Assembly (NCBI GenBank): GCA_964106915.2
Contig: OZ066916.1
Source: Podarcis gaigeae
Lineage: Eukaryota
Strand: one strand, 5' to 3'
Length of the DNA stretch: 64,000 nt
Shown: positions 52,975 to 62,749 of the stretch, piece by piece
Position numbering within the stretch: position 1 is the stretch's first letter
How the letters are laid out: each line of letters begins with the position of its first letter
The notes under the pieces: generated by a model
Databases searched by the model: none
Told to the model about the DNA's origin: nothing
Seen by the model: the letters and a program-made list of their open reading frames with translations, nothing else
Translations under genes and position numbers: made by a program

Positions 52975-53589
52975 GGCTAGGAGTAGCACAGGTTCTCCCA
53001 GAGCAGAAAAATGAACATAGTATCCATGTAGCAGTAGGACACAGTGGTTTAGGATGACAAGAAACACCCCTGACTTGGGACCACTGGTACTGAGGCACAG
53101 ACTGAGGCACCAATAAAAGCTGTCAAAACATGGGCAGATGCTTTTGTGAGCTCTAGCAGCAGCTTTTATCAAGAAAGCATCATTTCCCCTCCTTGCCAAA
53201 GGGCTTCTTCAAAACTCTGCAGCAGCCTTTCTTCCTACTAATTGGTGCCAAGTGTTGTCCTGGACCCCCTGTAACCAGTGGTGGGTGGCCACCATTTCAA
53301 ATTTCATTTCCCATAATGCCCCAGAAAAGGCACAACGCAGAGGTACTGTGGGAAAAGCCAGAGTCTGCTGCCAGCTGGGCGAGATGCTCTTCAAATTCAA
53401 AGGAAAATTCTGCAAGCAGCAGCAGCAGCAGACGCTGAAGCGGTGGTTGGCAGTTTTAATTACAAAATATTGCTTCTCGTCCGTCTTTTCCCGTTTCCTT
53501 TGAAGTAAGGCCAGGTGCTTTCCGTGGGATTTATTTCCAAGTTAGCAAAGGCTAGCATGCCCCCCCTATGTTCATTATAAGGCCAATGT

Positions 53590-54420
53590 TTCCAAGTGAC
53601 GACGTTTGCTCAGGGGAAGCGAGGGCCATGGCACTTGCCCTGGGTCCGCTGGAGAGGGCAACCCGCTCGCTCACCACCTGAGGGGAGCTTTGCGGACGAG
53701 TCTATGCCCGGGGGTGCAAGCGAGGCGCCGAGGCTTCGCTGGGCCCCCGCCTTTCGCAGGCATTTCTTGGAGCCGGCCACGCTTTGCCCGTCGGGCGCCC
53801 CTCCCCGCGCCACGTCCTTTCCCAGAAGCCAACAACTCCGCCTCCCCGCCAGGGAGCCCCGGCAGCAGCAGCAGCAGCAACAGTTTCCCTCGCGTCCTTC
53901 CTCTCGCAGCGATGAGGCTCTCTGTCCTCCGTCGCCTGGCGTGGAGACCGGCGACACCGGCTGCAGCCAAGCACGGCGGGAAGAAGGTGGGCTGCGGGGC
54001 TCTGCCTCTGCTGCGCCCTGGAAGCGGCTACCCAGGCGCGCTCCTGCTCCCCCGGGGCATCTGCGGCACGTGGGGCTGCCTGGACAAGCAGCGAGGGTCC
54101 GGCAGCGGAGGGCTACGGGGCTCGGCGGCCAGGTAAGCGGACGGTTCCCCTTTTGCAGACCGTGGGGGTGGGAAGTGCCTGGTCCCGCCGCCAGCGCTTC
54201 TAGTTCGTAGCCGGCACTCGGCCCCTCGGCTCCACGTGGGGAGGAGGGCTCCGCCTTCGGGCTGGCTGTTGTGTCTGATGCAATAACGCAGATGCATTGC
54301 GGAGGAGAAGGGGGGGAAGGAGGGAGTGGCGTCTCCGGCAGCCAATCCGCTTCGAAGAAGCGGGAAGCGCGGCTTCTTATTGGCCCCGTGAGCGCCTGCT
54401 TTCACTCACCCGCTTCCAGA
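53590..54420. promoter_or_regulatory. MTHFD1L: CpG island / promoter of MTHFD1L
   Basis: Very GC- and CpG-rich, spans exon 1. GC-box-like CCCCGCC/CTCCGCC motifs; CCAAT at about 53583 and 54342; ATTGG at 54379; (CAG)n at 53863-53883. Confidence 0.85.
53912..54132 (+). CDS. MTHFD1L: MTHFD1L exon 1 (mitochondrial targeting peptide)
   Basis: MRLSVLRRLAWRPATPAAAKHGG..., Arg-rich and acid-poor presequence; AG|GTAAGC donor in phase 2, matching exon 2. Confidence 0.85.
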
Positions 54421-54773
54421 GCTACTAACTCAAATCGGAGTTCATTCAGGTTCATTGGAAGTTGCTTATTTATATCTCTCTCTAGACCCCCACCCATTAT
54501 ATATAGATTCTCTCTCTCGTCCATCGTCTCTTGAGAAAGACGGATGCCAACAGATGGATAGATATAAAATAAAGAAATCTACATATAAATTGAAATATAA
54601 TAAATCCCAAAGATGATTTACAACCCAGTGAAAAACACAATAATAAAATCAAGTGACTGGATCCTGTGAGGGCTTCCAAGTAATCAAATTAAGACTGGCG
54701 GTGTTAAAGGAATACTGCCTCTCTTGAGTGTGCACTCTGGAATAGCTCTGCAGGGCAGAATCTTCTCAGTATA

Positions 54774-54980
54774 CAGTGGAACCTCGGGTTGCGAACGTGA
54801 TCCGTATGGGAGGCACGTTCGCAACCTGCTGCGCTGCATCTGCGCACATGCGTGATGCGATTTGGTGCTTCTGCGCATGCGCAAAGTGTGATTTAGTGGA
54901 TCTGCACATGCATGAGCGCCGAAACCGGAAGTAACCGGTTCCGGTACTTCTGGGTTTCGGCGCAACCTGAGGTATGACTG
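54774..54980. mobile_element. Tigger-like MITE, second family
   Basis: CAGTGGAACCTCGGGTTGCG...CGCAACCTGAGGTATGACTG, TA TSD, CpG-rich interior. Confidence 0.8.
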
Positions 54981-55804
54981 TATTTGTGGAAAGACCCTCC
55001 TCTCGAGATACTATCACCTTGGGATCAAGGTCTCCCAAGGCAGCATCAATTTGACACCTTGGTTTCACAAACCATGAGCTCTGGCTTAATGTTAATAGAT
55101 GTAGGGTGGCCAGATGCAGAAGGGAAAAGGGCTCCTTCACTTTTAACAGTTGTGTAGAATATGCAATTTCAGCAGGTGTACAAACTCCTACATCCACACA
55201 ACTAGTAAGGCTGTAGGAGCCTTGGCCTTTTCTTTTTTCTTTTCTTTTCTTTTTGCATCTGGCCACCCTTCATCTATAATGTATTGTTAATGAATTTGCG
55301 GTGCCAGAGTTTGTGGGTGCAAGACACCCATAATTCCTGGATTTGATAAACGTTGAAGTTTAATCAATGCTTGGCTGAATTTAGCAGTGTCAAAATACAG
55401 GCCAGCCTGATAATGGCTGCTAAGTATGAGTTGTTAACAGAGTACACAGACAGAGAGATAAGCCATCAGCAAAGCGAAGACTATGTGCCAGCTGCAAATG
55501 GGTGGAGCCCTGCCCTGAGCTCTGGGGAGTTAGCAGAAGAGCAGAGCATGCCAGAGATTTTAGGAGGGAGTATAGACTGTACTGAGTATAGACTACTGAG
55601 CAAGTTGGACCAGTGGTTTGACTGGTTATAAGGCAGCTTTCTGTGTTCCTATGAAGGTGCACTTTTGCACATGTGTGCCTCATTCGTAAATAACATAGCT
55701 TGGGGGTATTTTGTACTGGGAAACCAGTCATTGAAGACCAACTATACAGATATATATTGTATACTAGTGAACCTTGGTATAGAACTAATTACAGGCCAAA
55801 ACTA

Positions 55805-56036
55805 CAGTGGAACCTCGGGTTACATACCGTCCTCCTTACAAGTGCTTCAGGTAACGAGCTCCGCCAACCCAGAAGTAGATGCTCCTGGGAGTGAACTTTG
55901 CCCAGGGATGTGAGCAGAAGTCGCGCGCTAGCAGCGCAGCAGCCCCATTAGCAAAAGCACACCTCAGGTTATGAATGGTTTTGGGTTAAGAATGGACCTC
56001 TGGAACGAATTAAGTTCGTAACCAGAGATACCACTG
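55805..56036 (+). mobile_element. Tigger-like MITE (diverged subfamily)
   Basis: CAGTGGAACCTC...GATACCACTG, TA TSD, colinear with the 2928 copy. Confidence 0.85.
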
Positions 56037-56424
56037 TAGTGGTCATACTGCTTATCTTTGTAAGCTGCCCTGCGGGCCTTTTTGGCTAAACAGGTTAAAA
56101 TATTTTAAATAAATGTATAATTATAATGTGAATAACATTCTGAAAACAAATAGTTTCTGTGTAGATCTGAGGTATCTTCAATGGTACTTACATGGGAGTA
56201 CGTGTGCTTAGGACTGTAGCCTTTATATCTTAACTGTTGCAGTAGGATTGGATTTTTTTTGGTATTTTGAAGTTGTTAGATATTGCATATTGGCTCACGA
56301 TATGCTCAAAATGGGCAATTGTCTTTGTGGGTAATCCAGAAAGGTAATTGTGTGCTAGTTGGTGAGATCATGGAAATAAAGTTATATTATATACTAATAC
56401 AGATCATATTTTTGTTTTTAAAAG

Positions 56425-56509
56425 TGAAATCATTGAGAGTTCAAGGAAAGCCCTGAATTTACTGCAGAGACAGCATCCTACATTTAAACCAGCACTTGCT
56501 GTTGTACAG
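56425..56509 (+). CDS. MTHFD1L: MTHFD1L exon 2
   Basis: EIIESSRKALNLLQRQHPTFKPALAVVQ, similar to human EVIQNSKEVLSLLQEKNPAFKPVLAIIQ; 85 nt. Confidence 0.92.
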
Positions 56510-56785
56510 GTAAAACCCTATAGGTGATGATTTCAGAAGTGAAACAACAAACCAGTACTTTATGAAAACAGATCTAGATCTGTGAATAGCCATTTATATT
56601 GCACACCATAACATCTTCTTAACTACAGAACTACTTTAAACCAGATAAATGCATTACTGGGTATATTTGATAGTGTGAGGAACCTTTGGCCTCCAGATGT
56701 TGCTAAACTACAAGCCTCATCATTCCCAACATGGCCAGTAGTAGAAGCTGTTGAAACCATATTTCTGCTGGACTTAACTTTTCCA

Positions 56786-57123
56786 AAACAAAAAAAATTC
56801 CTTCCAGTAGCACCTTAAAGACCAACTAAGTTAGTTCTTGGTATGAGCTTTCATGTGCATGCACACTTCTTCAGAAGTGTGGAAGGATTTTTTTTTTGTT
56901 TTGACTATGGCAGACCAACACGGCTACCTATCTGTAACTGGAACTATGGAAGGCACCACATTGAGCCGCATGAAATGGAAGTCCATCATAAGGTATCTGA
57001 AGAAGTGTGCATGCACACGAAAGCTCATACCAATAACTAACTTAGTTGGTCTTTAAGGTGCTACTAGAAGGAATTTTTTTTGTTTTGACTATGGCAGACC
57101 AACACGGCTACCTATCTGTAACT
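56786..57123 (+). mobile_element. Penelope-like retroelement remnant (inverted plus tandem terminal repeats)
   Basis: 56786-56875 is the reverse complement of about 56996-57086; 56885-56939 is directly repeated at 57067-57123; flanked by TAAC(T/G)TTTCCA; contains a hammerhead motif. Confidence 0.75.
56992..57031 (+). ncRNA. Minimal type I hammerhead ribozyme motif
   Basis: GGUAU-CUGAAGA-A-GUGUG(CAUG)CACAC-GAAA-GC-UC^-AUACC: stem I, conserved core, stem II, palindromic minimal stem III. Confidence 0.75.
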
Positions 57124-57230
57124 TAACGTTTCCATTTCACAGTCTTTAATATTACTTCCCCTAATTAAAAATCTTCTTGTATGATCTTCCTGCTACAGCA
57201 TCTGAAAATCTTGGTCACATCCACACCATA

Positions 57231-57373
57231 CATTAGCTCAATTGGTTAGAGTGTGGGGCTGATAATGCCAAGGTCGTGGGTTTGATCCCCTTATTGTCCA
57301 GCTGCATATTCCTGCATTGCAGGGAGTTAGACTAGATGATCCTCAGGGTCCCTTCTAACTCTGCAATTCTATG
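57231..57373 (+). mobile_element. tRNA-headed SINE with CR1-like tail
   Basis: TTAGCTCAATTGGTTAGAG...GCTGATAATGCCAAGGTCGTGGGTTTGATCCCC (degenerate tRNA-Ile-like head), then GACTAGATGATCCTCAGGGTCCCTTCTAACTCTGCAATTCTATGA. Confidence 0.75.
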
Positions 57374-57896
57374 AAAGCACTCTTACACTACTTCAGTTAT
57401 CACGGCTTCCCTGTATTGGATCTTGGGAACTGTAATTTGTTAAGGGTGGTGAGAGTTCTGAGGACAGGGAGGCTCTCCAGCATGCTGAGCTGAAGTTGAG
57501 CAGGGAAATTGGTACAAGTGGAATGCCTTCTTCTGGGGCTACACTGGATATCAACTCACCCACTCCCAAGTAAGAGGATTGTTCAATATCTAACCTTCAG
57601 GAGATATTACCTTTACTTCTCTCAAATATTCATACTTTGCCCTTCCTCAAAGGAGCTCACAGCGGAATACGTGGCCTATCTCATTTTTATCTTTCCAACA
57701 ACCTGATATAAGATGAATTGGGCTGAGGGTGCAAGAGCAGCCCCAATTAAAACATTGGTTTCTTACTCAAAGCTGGATTTGATAACTAAATAACTCTTCT
57801 GTACAAAGCAACCCACCAATGTAACTTCTTGCAGCAAGGCTGCTGGCATCCTGAAAACATACCAAACACTATAATCCTCTGTGCTGCTTCCCAGTA

Positions 57897-58045
57897 CAGT
57901 GGTACCTCAGGTTACATACGCTTCAGGTTACATACGCTTCAGGTTGCAGACTCCGCTAGCTAAAGTGGTGCTTCAGGTTAAGAACAGTTTCAGGTTAAGA
58001 ACGGACCTCCGGAACAAATTAAGTACTTAACCCGAGGTACCACTG
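57897..58045 (+). mobile_element. Tigger-like MITE, internally deleted
   Basis: Same TIRs; central ~100 bp missing; duplicated CAGGTTACATACGCTT. Confidence 0.85.
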
Positions 58046-58442
58046 CACTCTAATTTTCTATGGAGTGCTCTGGGAAGCCAAGCTAGTATGTTTCCATTTG
58101 TATCTTGTCAGGGATTGCTTCACTTCTATATGACCACAAGAATGTGCAAGCATCAGGGATAGATGTTTTTAACAACTGGGAATAGGGCTTGCAAAGCCAA
58201 GCTACTCAGTGCCAAGAATTTGCCCAAAGGTGCTTGATTGTGCAACATACCCCTGGTAATATTAAGAAACTCACCGTTTCCATTCAGTTCAGTAAATCAT
58301 ATTTCTTACCCAGTTGCAAATTTCTGATCAAGTATTGATTGCAATTTTTTCTTTAGTTACAAATTGCTTACAGTTTCATTTTCTTTGATACCATTCCTAA
58401 CTTGTTACAGTTCTCTTTTTACTTTTCTTTAATCCCTTCAAG

Positions 58443-58493
58443 GTTGGCGATGATGATCTGGGGCAAGAAATTATCAAAAACATTGCTGAAGAG
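58443..58493 (+). CDS. MTHFD1L: MTHFD1L exon 3
   Basis: VGDDDLGQEIIKNIAEE; 51 nt, AG/GT boundaries. Confidence 0.92.
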
Positions 58494-58585
58494 GTGAGAG
58501 TGTGGAAATACTTGTTTCTTCCAAATTAAACTCAGAAATTATTGGGCTTTATAGCAATTCCCCCCCCCTTTTTTTTTTTTTGCAG

Positions 58586-58639
58586 ATTGGCCTGAACATT
58601 GTTCATATTTGTCTTCCTCGCAACTATACTGAACATGAG
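58586..58639 (+). CDS. MTHFD1L: MTHFD1L exon 4
   Basis: IGLNIVHICLPRNYTEHE; 54 nt; preceded by a 92-nt intron. Confidence 0.92.
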
Positions 58640-58929
58640 GTAATAATTTATGAATTTAGGGCTTCCCCTGATGCAGTAGTGCTGAATGGCTAATTGATTG
58701 AATTCAGAAAAAAGCTCATAGAAAAGGGTTGTTGGCTTTCCTACCCCTCCTTTCCCCCAGCAGCTTCCAAAGGCTTTACCTGATGTTCGAGGGTCTTCCT
58801 GGATGAGCTGGGCTGGGCTGTGGTGTGGGAAGGCTTGCTGAAAATTTATGTAGAGGCACCTTCCATGAGAGGATCTCTCACTTTCCTCTTATTCGCTCTG
58901 CATCATAGCCCATCACATTCAGGAGGCTT

Positions 58930-59105
58930 AACAAACAACAACAACAATTTATATGTACCCTACCCATCTGACTGGGTTGCTCCAGCCACCTTGGGTAGCT
59001 TCCAACATATATAAAAACATACCAAAACATTAAGCTTTAAAAAGCTTCCCTATGCAGGTCTGCCTTCAGATATCTTTTAAAGGTTATATAGTTACTCATC
59101 TGCTT
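58930..59105 (-). mobile_element. L2-like 3' end fragment
   Basis: (AAC)n tail, TTTAT..CCC..CCATCTGACTGGGTT, and an FKRYLKADLHREAF-type C-terminus. Confidence 0.55.
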
Positions 59106-59379
59106 TTGGGGGGATTTGAAGTGCTGACAGGAGAAGAAGGGGCCGCAAAATGCTTCTGCCCACCTCCTTCCAATGGTGCTTCTTGAAATACAAACAAAAT
59201 CTTTATATGTGTGTTCCCCCCCCCCCAAGCACTGCCTATGGTACATGCCTGTAAACTGCCTAATAATATGATCCAAAGCACATATACTTGCAGATATCAT
59301 TTAAGTGTCCTGCCTGAGTCTGAGAAATAAGTCCACAAGTTCAGTAGGGTGTACTTCAGTGTAAGTGTGCAGAGGACTA

Positions 59380-59640
59380 CAGTGGTGCCTTGCAAGACGA
59401 AATTAATCCGTTCCGCGAGTCTCTTCGTCTTGCGGTTTTTTCGTCTTGCAAAGCACGGCTATTAGTGGCTTAGCGGCTATAAGAAAAAGGAAAAAAACTC
59501 GCAAGAACTCGCAAGACGTTTCGTCTTGCGAAGCAAGCCCATAGGGAAATTCGTCTAGCGAAGCGACGCAAAAACCGAAAAACCCTTTCGTCTTGCGCAT
59601 TTTCAGTTTTGCGAGGCATTCGTCTTGCGGGGCACCACTG
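59380..59640. mobile_element. Tigger-like MITE, third family, with internal TTCGTCTTGCG repeats
   Basis: CAGTGGTGCCTTGCAAGACGAA...TTCGTCTTGCGGGGCACCACTG, TA TSD. Confidence 0.88.
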
Positions 59641-61210
59641 TACATCCTTGTGAGTAAGTACACTTAGTTTTGCAACTGAATACCCGTATGAACAGCCCTG
59701 CAGCCTAAAAACAGGACACGATAACAGCAGTCTCTTATTCCTAAGGAATGTTTACTCAGAGGTAACCCCAGTTACCTAGGAGTAAGACCCATTGTATTCA
59801 GTAGAACGTACTTCTGAGTAGGCATGAGTTGGAGTCTTGTGGATTACATGTTTAGTCCCATTGAAGTAGTTAAGGATAGCATGACTCTTTCTAAAAATAA
59901 CAAAGGAATTCAAAGTTGAGATTGATAGTCTTCAGTCCTCAGCTCACCCCTGTTAGTAATATATTATGTGTTGCATTTGCCTACAGATTTACATTATCTC
60001 TGAAAACTTGAGCTGTGTACTGTTGAGGGCTGCCTGCTGTTTGATTGCAGGTTTCTCACCCAGACATTATTTCAATAAAAAATCTGCTATGTTTAGTTAC
60101 AGTATGTTATATTGCATGGTAAGACCATTACCAATAGAATATTAATAAGGACGAGCTTTCAATCTGCAGTTATTACAGTATTCCTACGTAAGTAGCTGTC
60201 ATAACCTACGCTTACAATATCAACAGATCTAACAATGGAGAGGAATGTAAAACTTCTACAAAACTCTTTGAGGCTATCTTGCCTGGTCATCCCACAGTGT
60301 CTCATGCTTTGAGAAAGGAGAGACATTGTGCTGATGGGGGTTTGAGGGTGAGAAGCAGCTAGTGGTGGTTGCAGGAGCTACAAAGAAGGTGGGAGGAGAG
60401 GAGGCAGAGTGGGGGGAGGGGAGGTTGCCACCCCTACCAATCCTACCACCTTATCTTGATATTAGTGTTAGAAACCTATTTCCCCTTCCTAGAGCTATTC
60501 CTAGAGCTGCTTTCATGAGGCACACTGTTCCCACTGACCATGGGGCAAGCTTCTCCTCCATATATTGTTCTTAAGTGCAGAAAATTCCACAGAACAAATA
60601 GAAGACATTCGCCTATGTGGTAAAAATAATCCACTTTGTTAAAATTGTATGCCCACATTTTGGAAATATTATACATCTACATTCTTCCTTGCCATGATGA
60701 TGTTTTTATATTTGTTGTCTCGTTTTCACTTAATAAATGGCATGTTTCAAAAAATAAATTTGCAGTTGGCCTGTGACCATGTCCTTCCCTTGTGGGTTGT
60801 TGCAGGTCCCTTCTAGTTCTGAGTAATACTGTATATCTGTATCTGTGCTGTGATCCCCTACTTGACCAGCTCCCACCCATCTTCAGCCTGTTGTGGTATC
60901 TTTAGACTAATATAGTACTGACTCACAACTGTACTGTGGGATGAAGCAGTTAGTATACATTTCATTGATCTGAATGATAGAGCAGTGTTCAAGTGCCCAA
61001 AGGTGGACTTTTACAGCAACACATGATCATAATAGTGAGTGTACTTTTGCTATACAGTATTCTTTCAGTTTCTGCAAGCGAAACATCATGTTTGATTCCA
61101 TTTATCAATGATCCATTTTTCATTATATATTAAAACTCTTAATATTTGAAAATGTCCTTCAAGCTGATCATTTTTAAATCCTGATTTATTAACCTTCTAT
61201 TGTTTTCTAG

Positions 61211-61335
61211 GTTATAGATGAAATTGTAAAGCTCAATGAGAATCCTAAAATTCATGGTCTTCTCCTTCGCCTCAGTAAAGAGTCATACACAAGCAAAATA
61301 CTGAATGCTGTGAAACCAGAGAAAGATGTGAATGG
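61211..61335 (+). CDS. MTHFD1L: MTHFD1L exon 5 (ends at a GC donor)
   Basis: VIDEIVKLNENPKIHGLLLRLSKESYTSKILNAVKPEKDVN(G); 125 nt; donor GG|GCAAGT. Confidence 0.9.
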
Positions 61336-61608
61336 GCAAGTTAAATGCTATTCAGTCTCCAGAAAATGTGGATTCATATGGGCTTGGATTCAGATGTTGC
61401 TGCCACCAGTGAAAGGGAAGGGAGAGGACTTGCTGATTCCCCACTCCCCCTGCAGTCAGAAATATTTATTAACTTTGCTTACTTCATTTCATTTTTAATA
61501 CATTTGTAATAATCTGTATTAAAATGACAAATGACTGAATGTGTGGTTTAAAGTTCATATTTGCATGTCAGTGTATGTCATGGTTAATGGTTTGCAAGTG
61601 GGAGCAAC

Positions 61609-61782
61609 AAACCATGATCCTTGGCTTAGCATTACATCCAAACTGGAGATTGTCATTTGTTTTGCACCAAACTATGTTCTGAAGCCAAAGTTAGTTCTTG
61701 GCTTGACCATTGTGGTTTGTGGAAGTGAAATAAACCATGATGGCTCAATCCAAATGTAGTGCTAAACCAAGGATTATGGTTT
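61609..61782. repeat. Old imperfect palindromic MITE-like element
   Basis: AAACCATGATCCTTGGCTTAGCATTACAT ... ATGTAGTGCTAAACCAAGGATTATGGTTT. Confidence 0.6.
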
Positions 61783-62648
61783 GCTATGCCTGCTCATTAG
61801 CAAGGGGGAGCAAAGTGGGCATAATCTGCAGTCATGGTGAACTGTTTATCATTGGGTTACTGTGACATGTGAATGCAGTCAATGAGTATATTTCTCTTAA
61901 TGTACGAACCAAACCTATATGTTTTCTAGGCCACACCCAGCCCCCTCTGAGGTGCCACCCACCCACCTAGTTTGCAACAGCTGTAAATGCATGCCTTCGA
62001 GCATCAACACGGCTGACTGTTCTCTTAAAACAAAAGAAAGTGGGTTTTAATTTAATCCTGATCCTAGCCTAGGCATAATTCCCAGTTCCTAATTTTGAAA
62101 ATAATTTGACAGCGAAATATATACGGCATCCATTAATTTGGCTTTGATAGATAAAGGATTTAATTTAAGTATGTTCCAGTTTGGCCTGACAAATTGTGAT
62201 CTACTTTCTTGTTTTTAGCCTTTATGGAGTCTAATTGCCTAAGATATTATTCAAAGCTATTATTCATTTCATTTACTTTGAAAAAAATCCAGAAGAACTG
62301 ACCTGAGTATAAGCAGATATTTAATTTGTAACAGATGAGGAAGTGAGAATTTTATTAACTATTGAGAGGACAAAGTTTCTCTGGAGTTGATGTTCTGTTT
62401 CAAACCAAATTGGTAATGGCAATTCCAAAATATAGTGGAAGCATTTATGCACATTCAGTGGATGCAGCTGCAATGCTGCAGATAGAAAATGAGTTAATAA
62501 AGCTATAGTTTTTCATGAGCATGTACTCTAGCTTACACCACCCCATTATAGTTTATGTGTGCTAATGAATGAGCATTTATTTCTATATTTTACATACACA
62601 TGCTGTCTCTCACATACTCTCTCCCCCCCCCCATATTTTTAATTGCAG

Positions 62649-62749
62649 AGTAACAGATTTTAACTTGGCAAGGTTGGTGCATGGAGACATGCATGGATGT
62701 GTGATTCCCCCCACTGCTAGTGCTGTGGTCAAGCTTCTGGAAAAACTAG
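62649..62749 (+). CDS. MTHFD1L: MTHFD1L exon 6 (gene continues beyond window)
   Basis: VTDFNLARLVHGDMHGCVIPPTASAVVKLLEKL(G); 101 nt, phase 2 to 1. Confidence 0.92.

Noticed and set aside
52254-53014. Several long overlapping ORFs (170, 189, 144, 137 aa) as an intact novel gene
   Set aside because: They are a by-product of high GC content. Only two minus-strand segments resemble a known protein, and these are in different frames inside a transposon.
53596-54405. 204-aa, 176-aa and antisense ORFs over the CpG island; apparent N-terminal extension of MTHFD1L from TTG 53606
   Set aside because: Stop-poor GC-rich DNA. The ATG at 53912 gives a typical mitochondrial presequence, and an extension would mask it.
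57231-57300. tRNA-Ile gene
   Set aside because: Degenerate acceptor and T stems, and directly fused to a CR1-like tail, so it is a SINE head.
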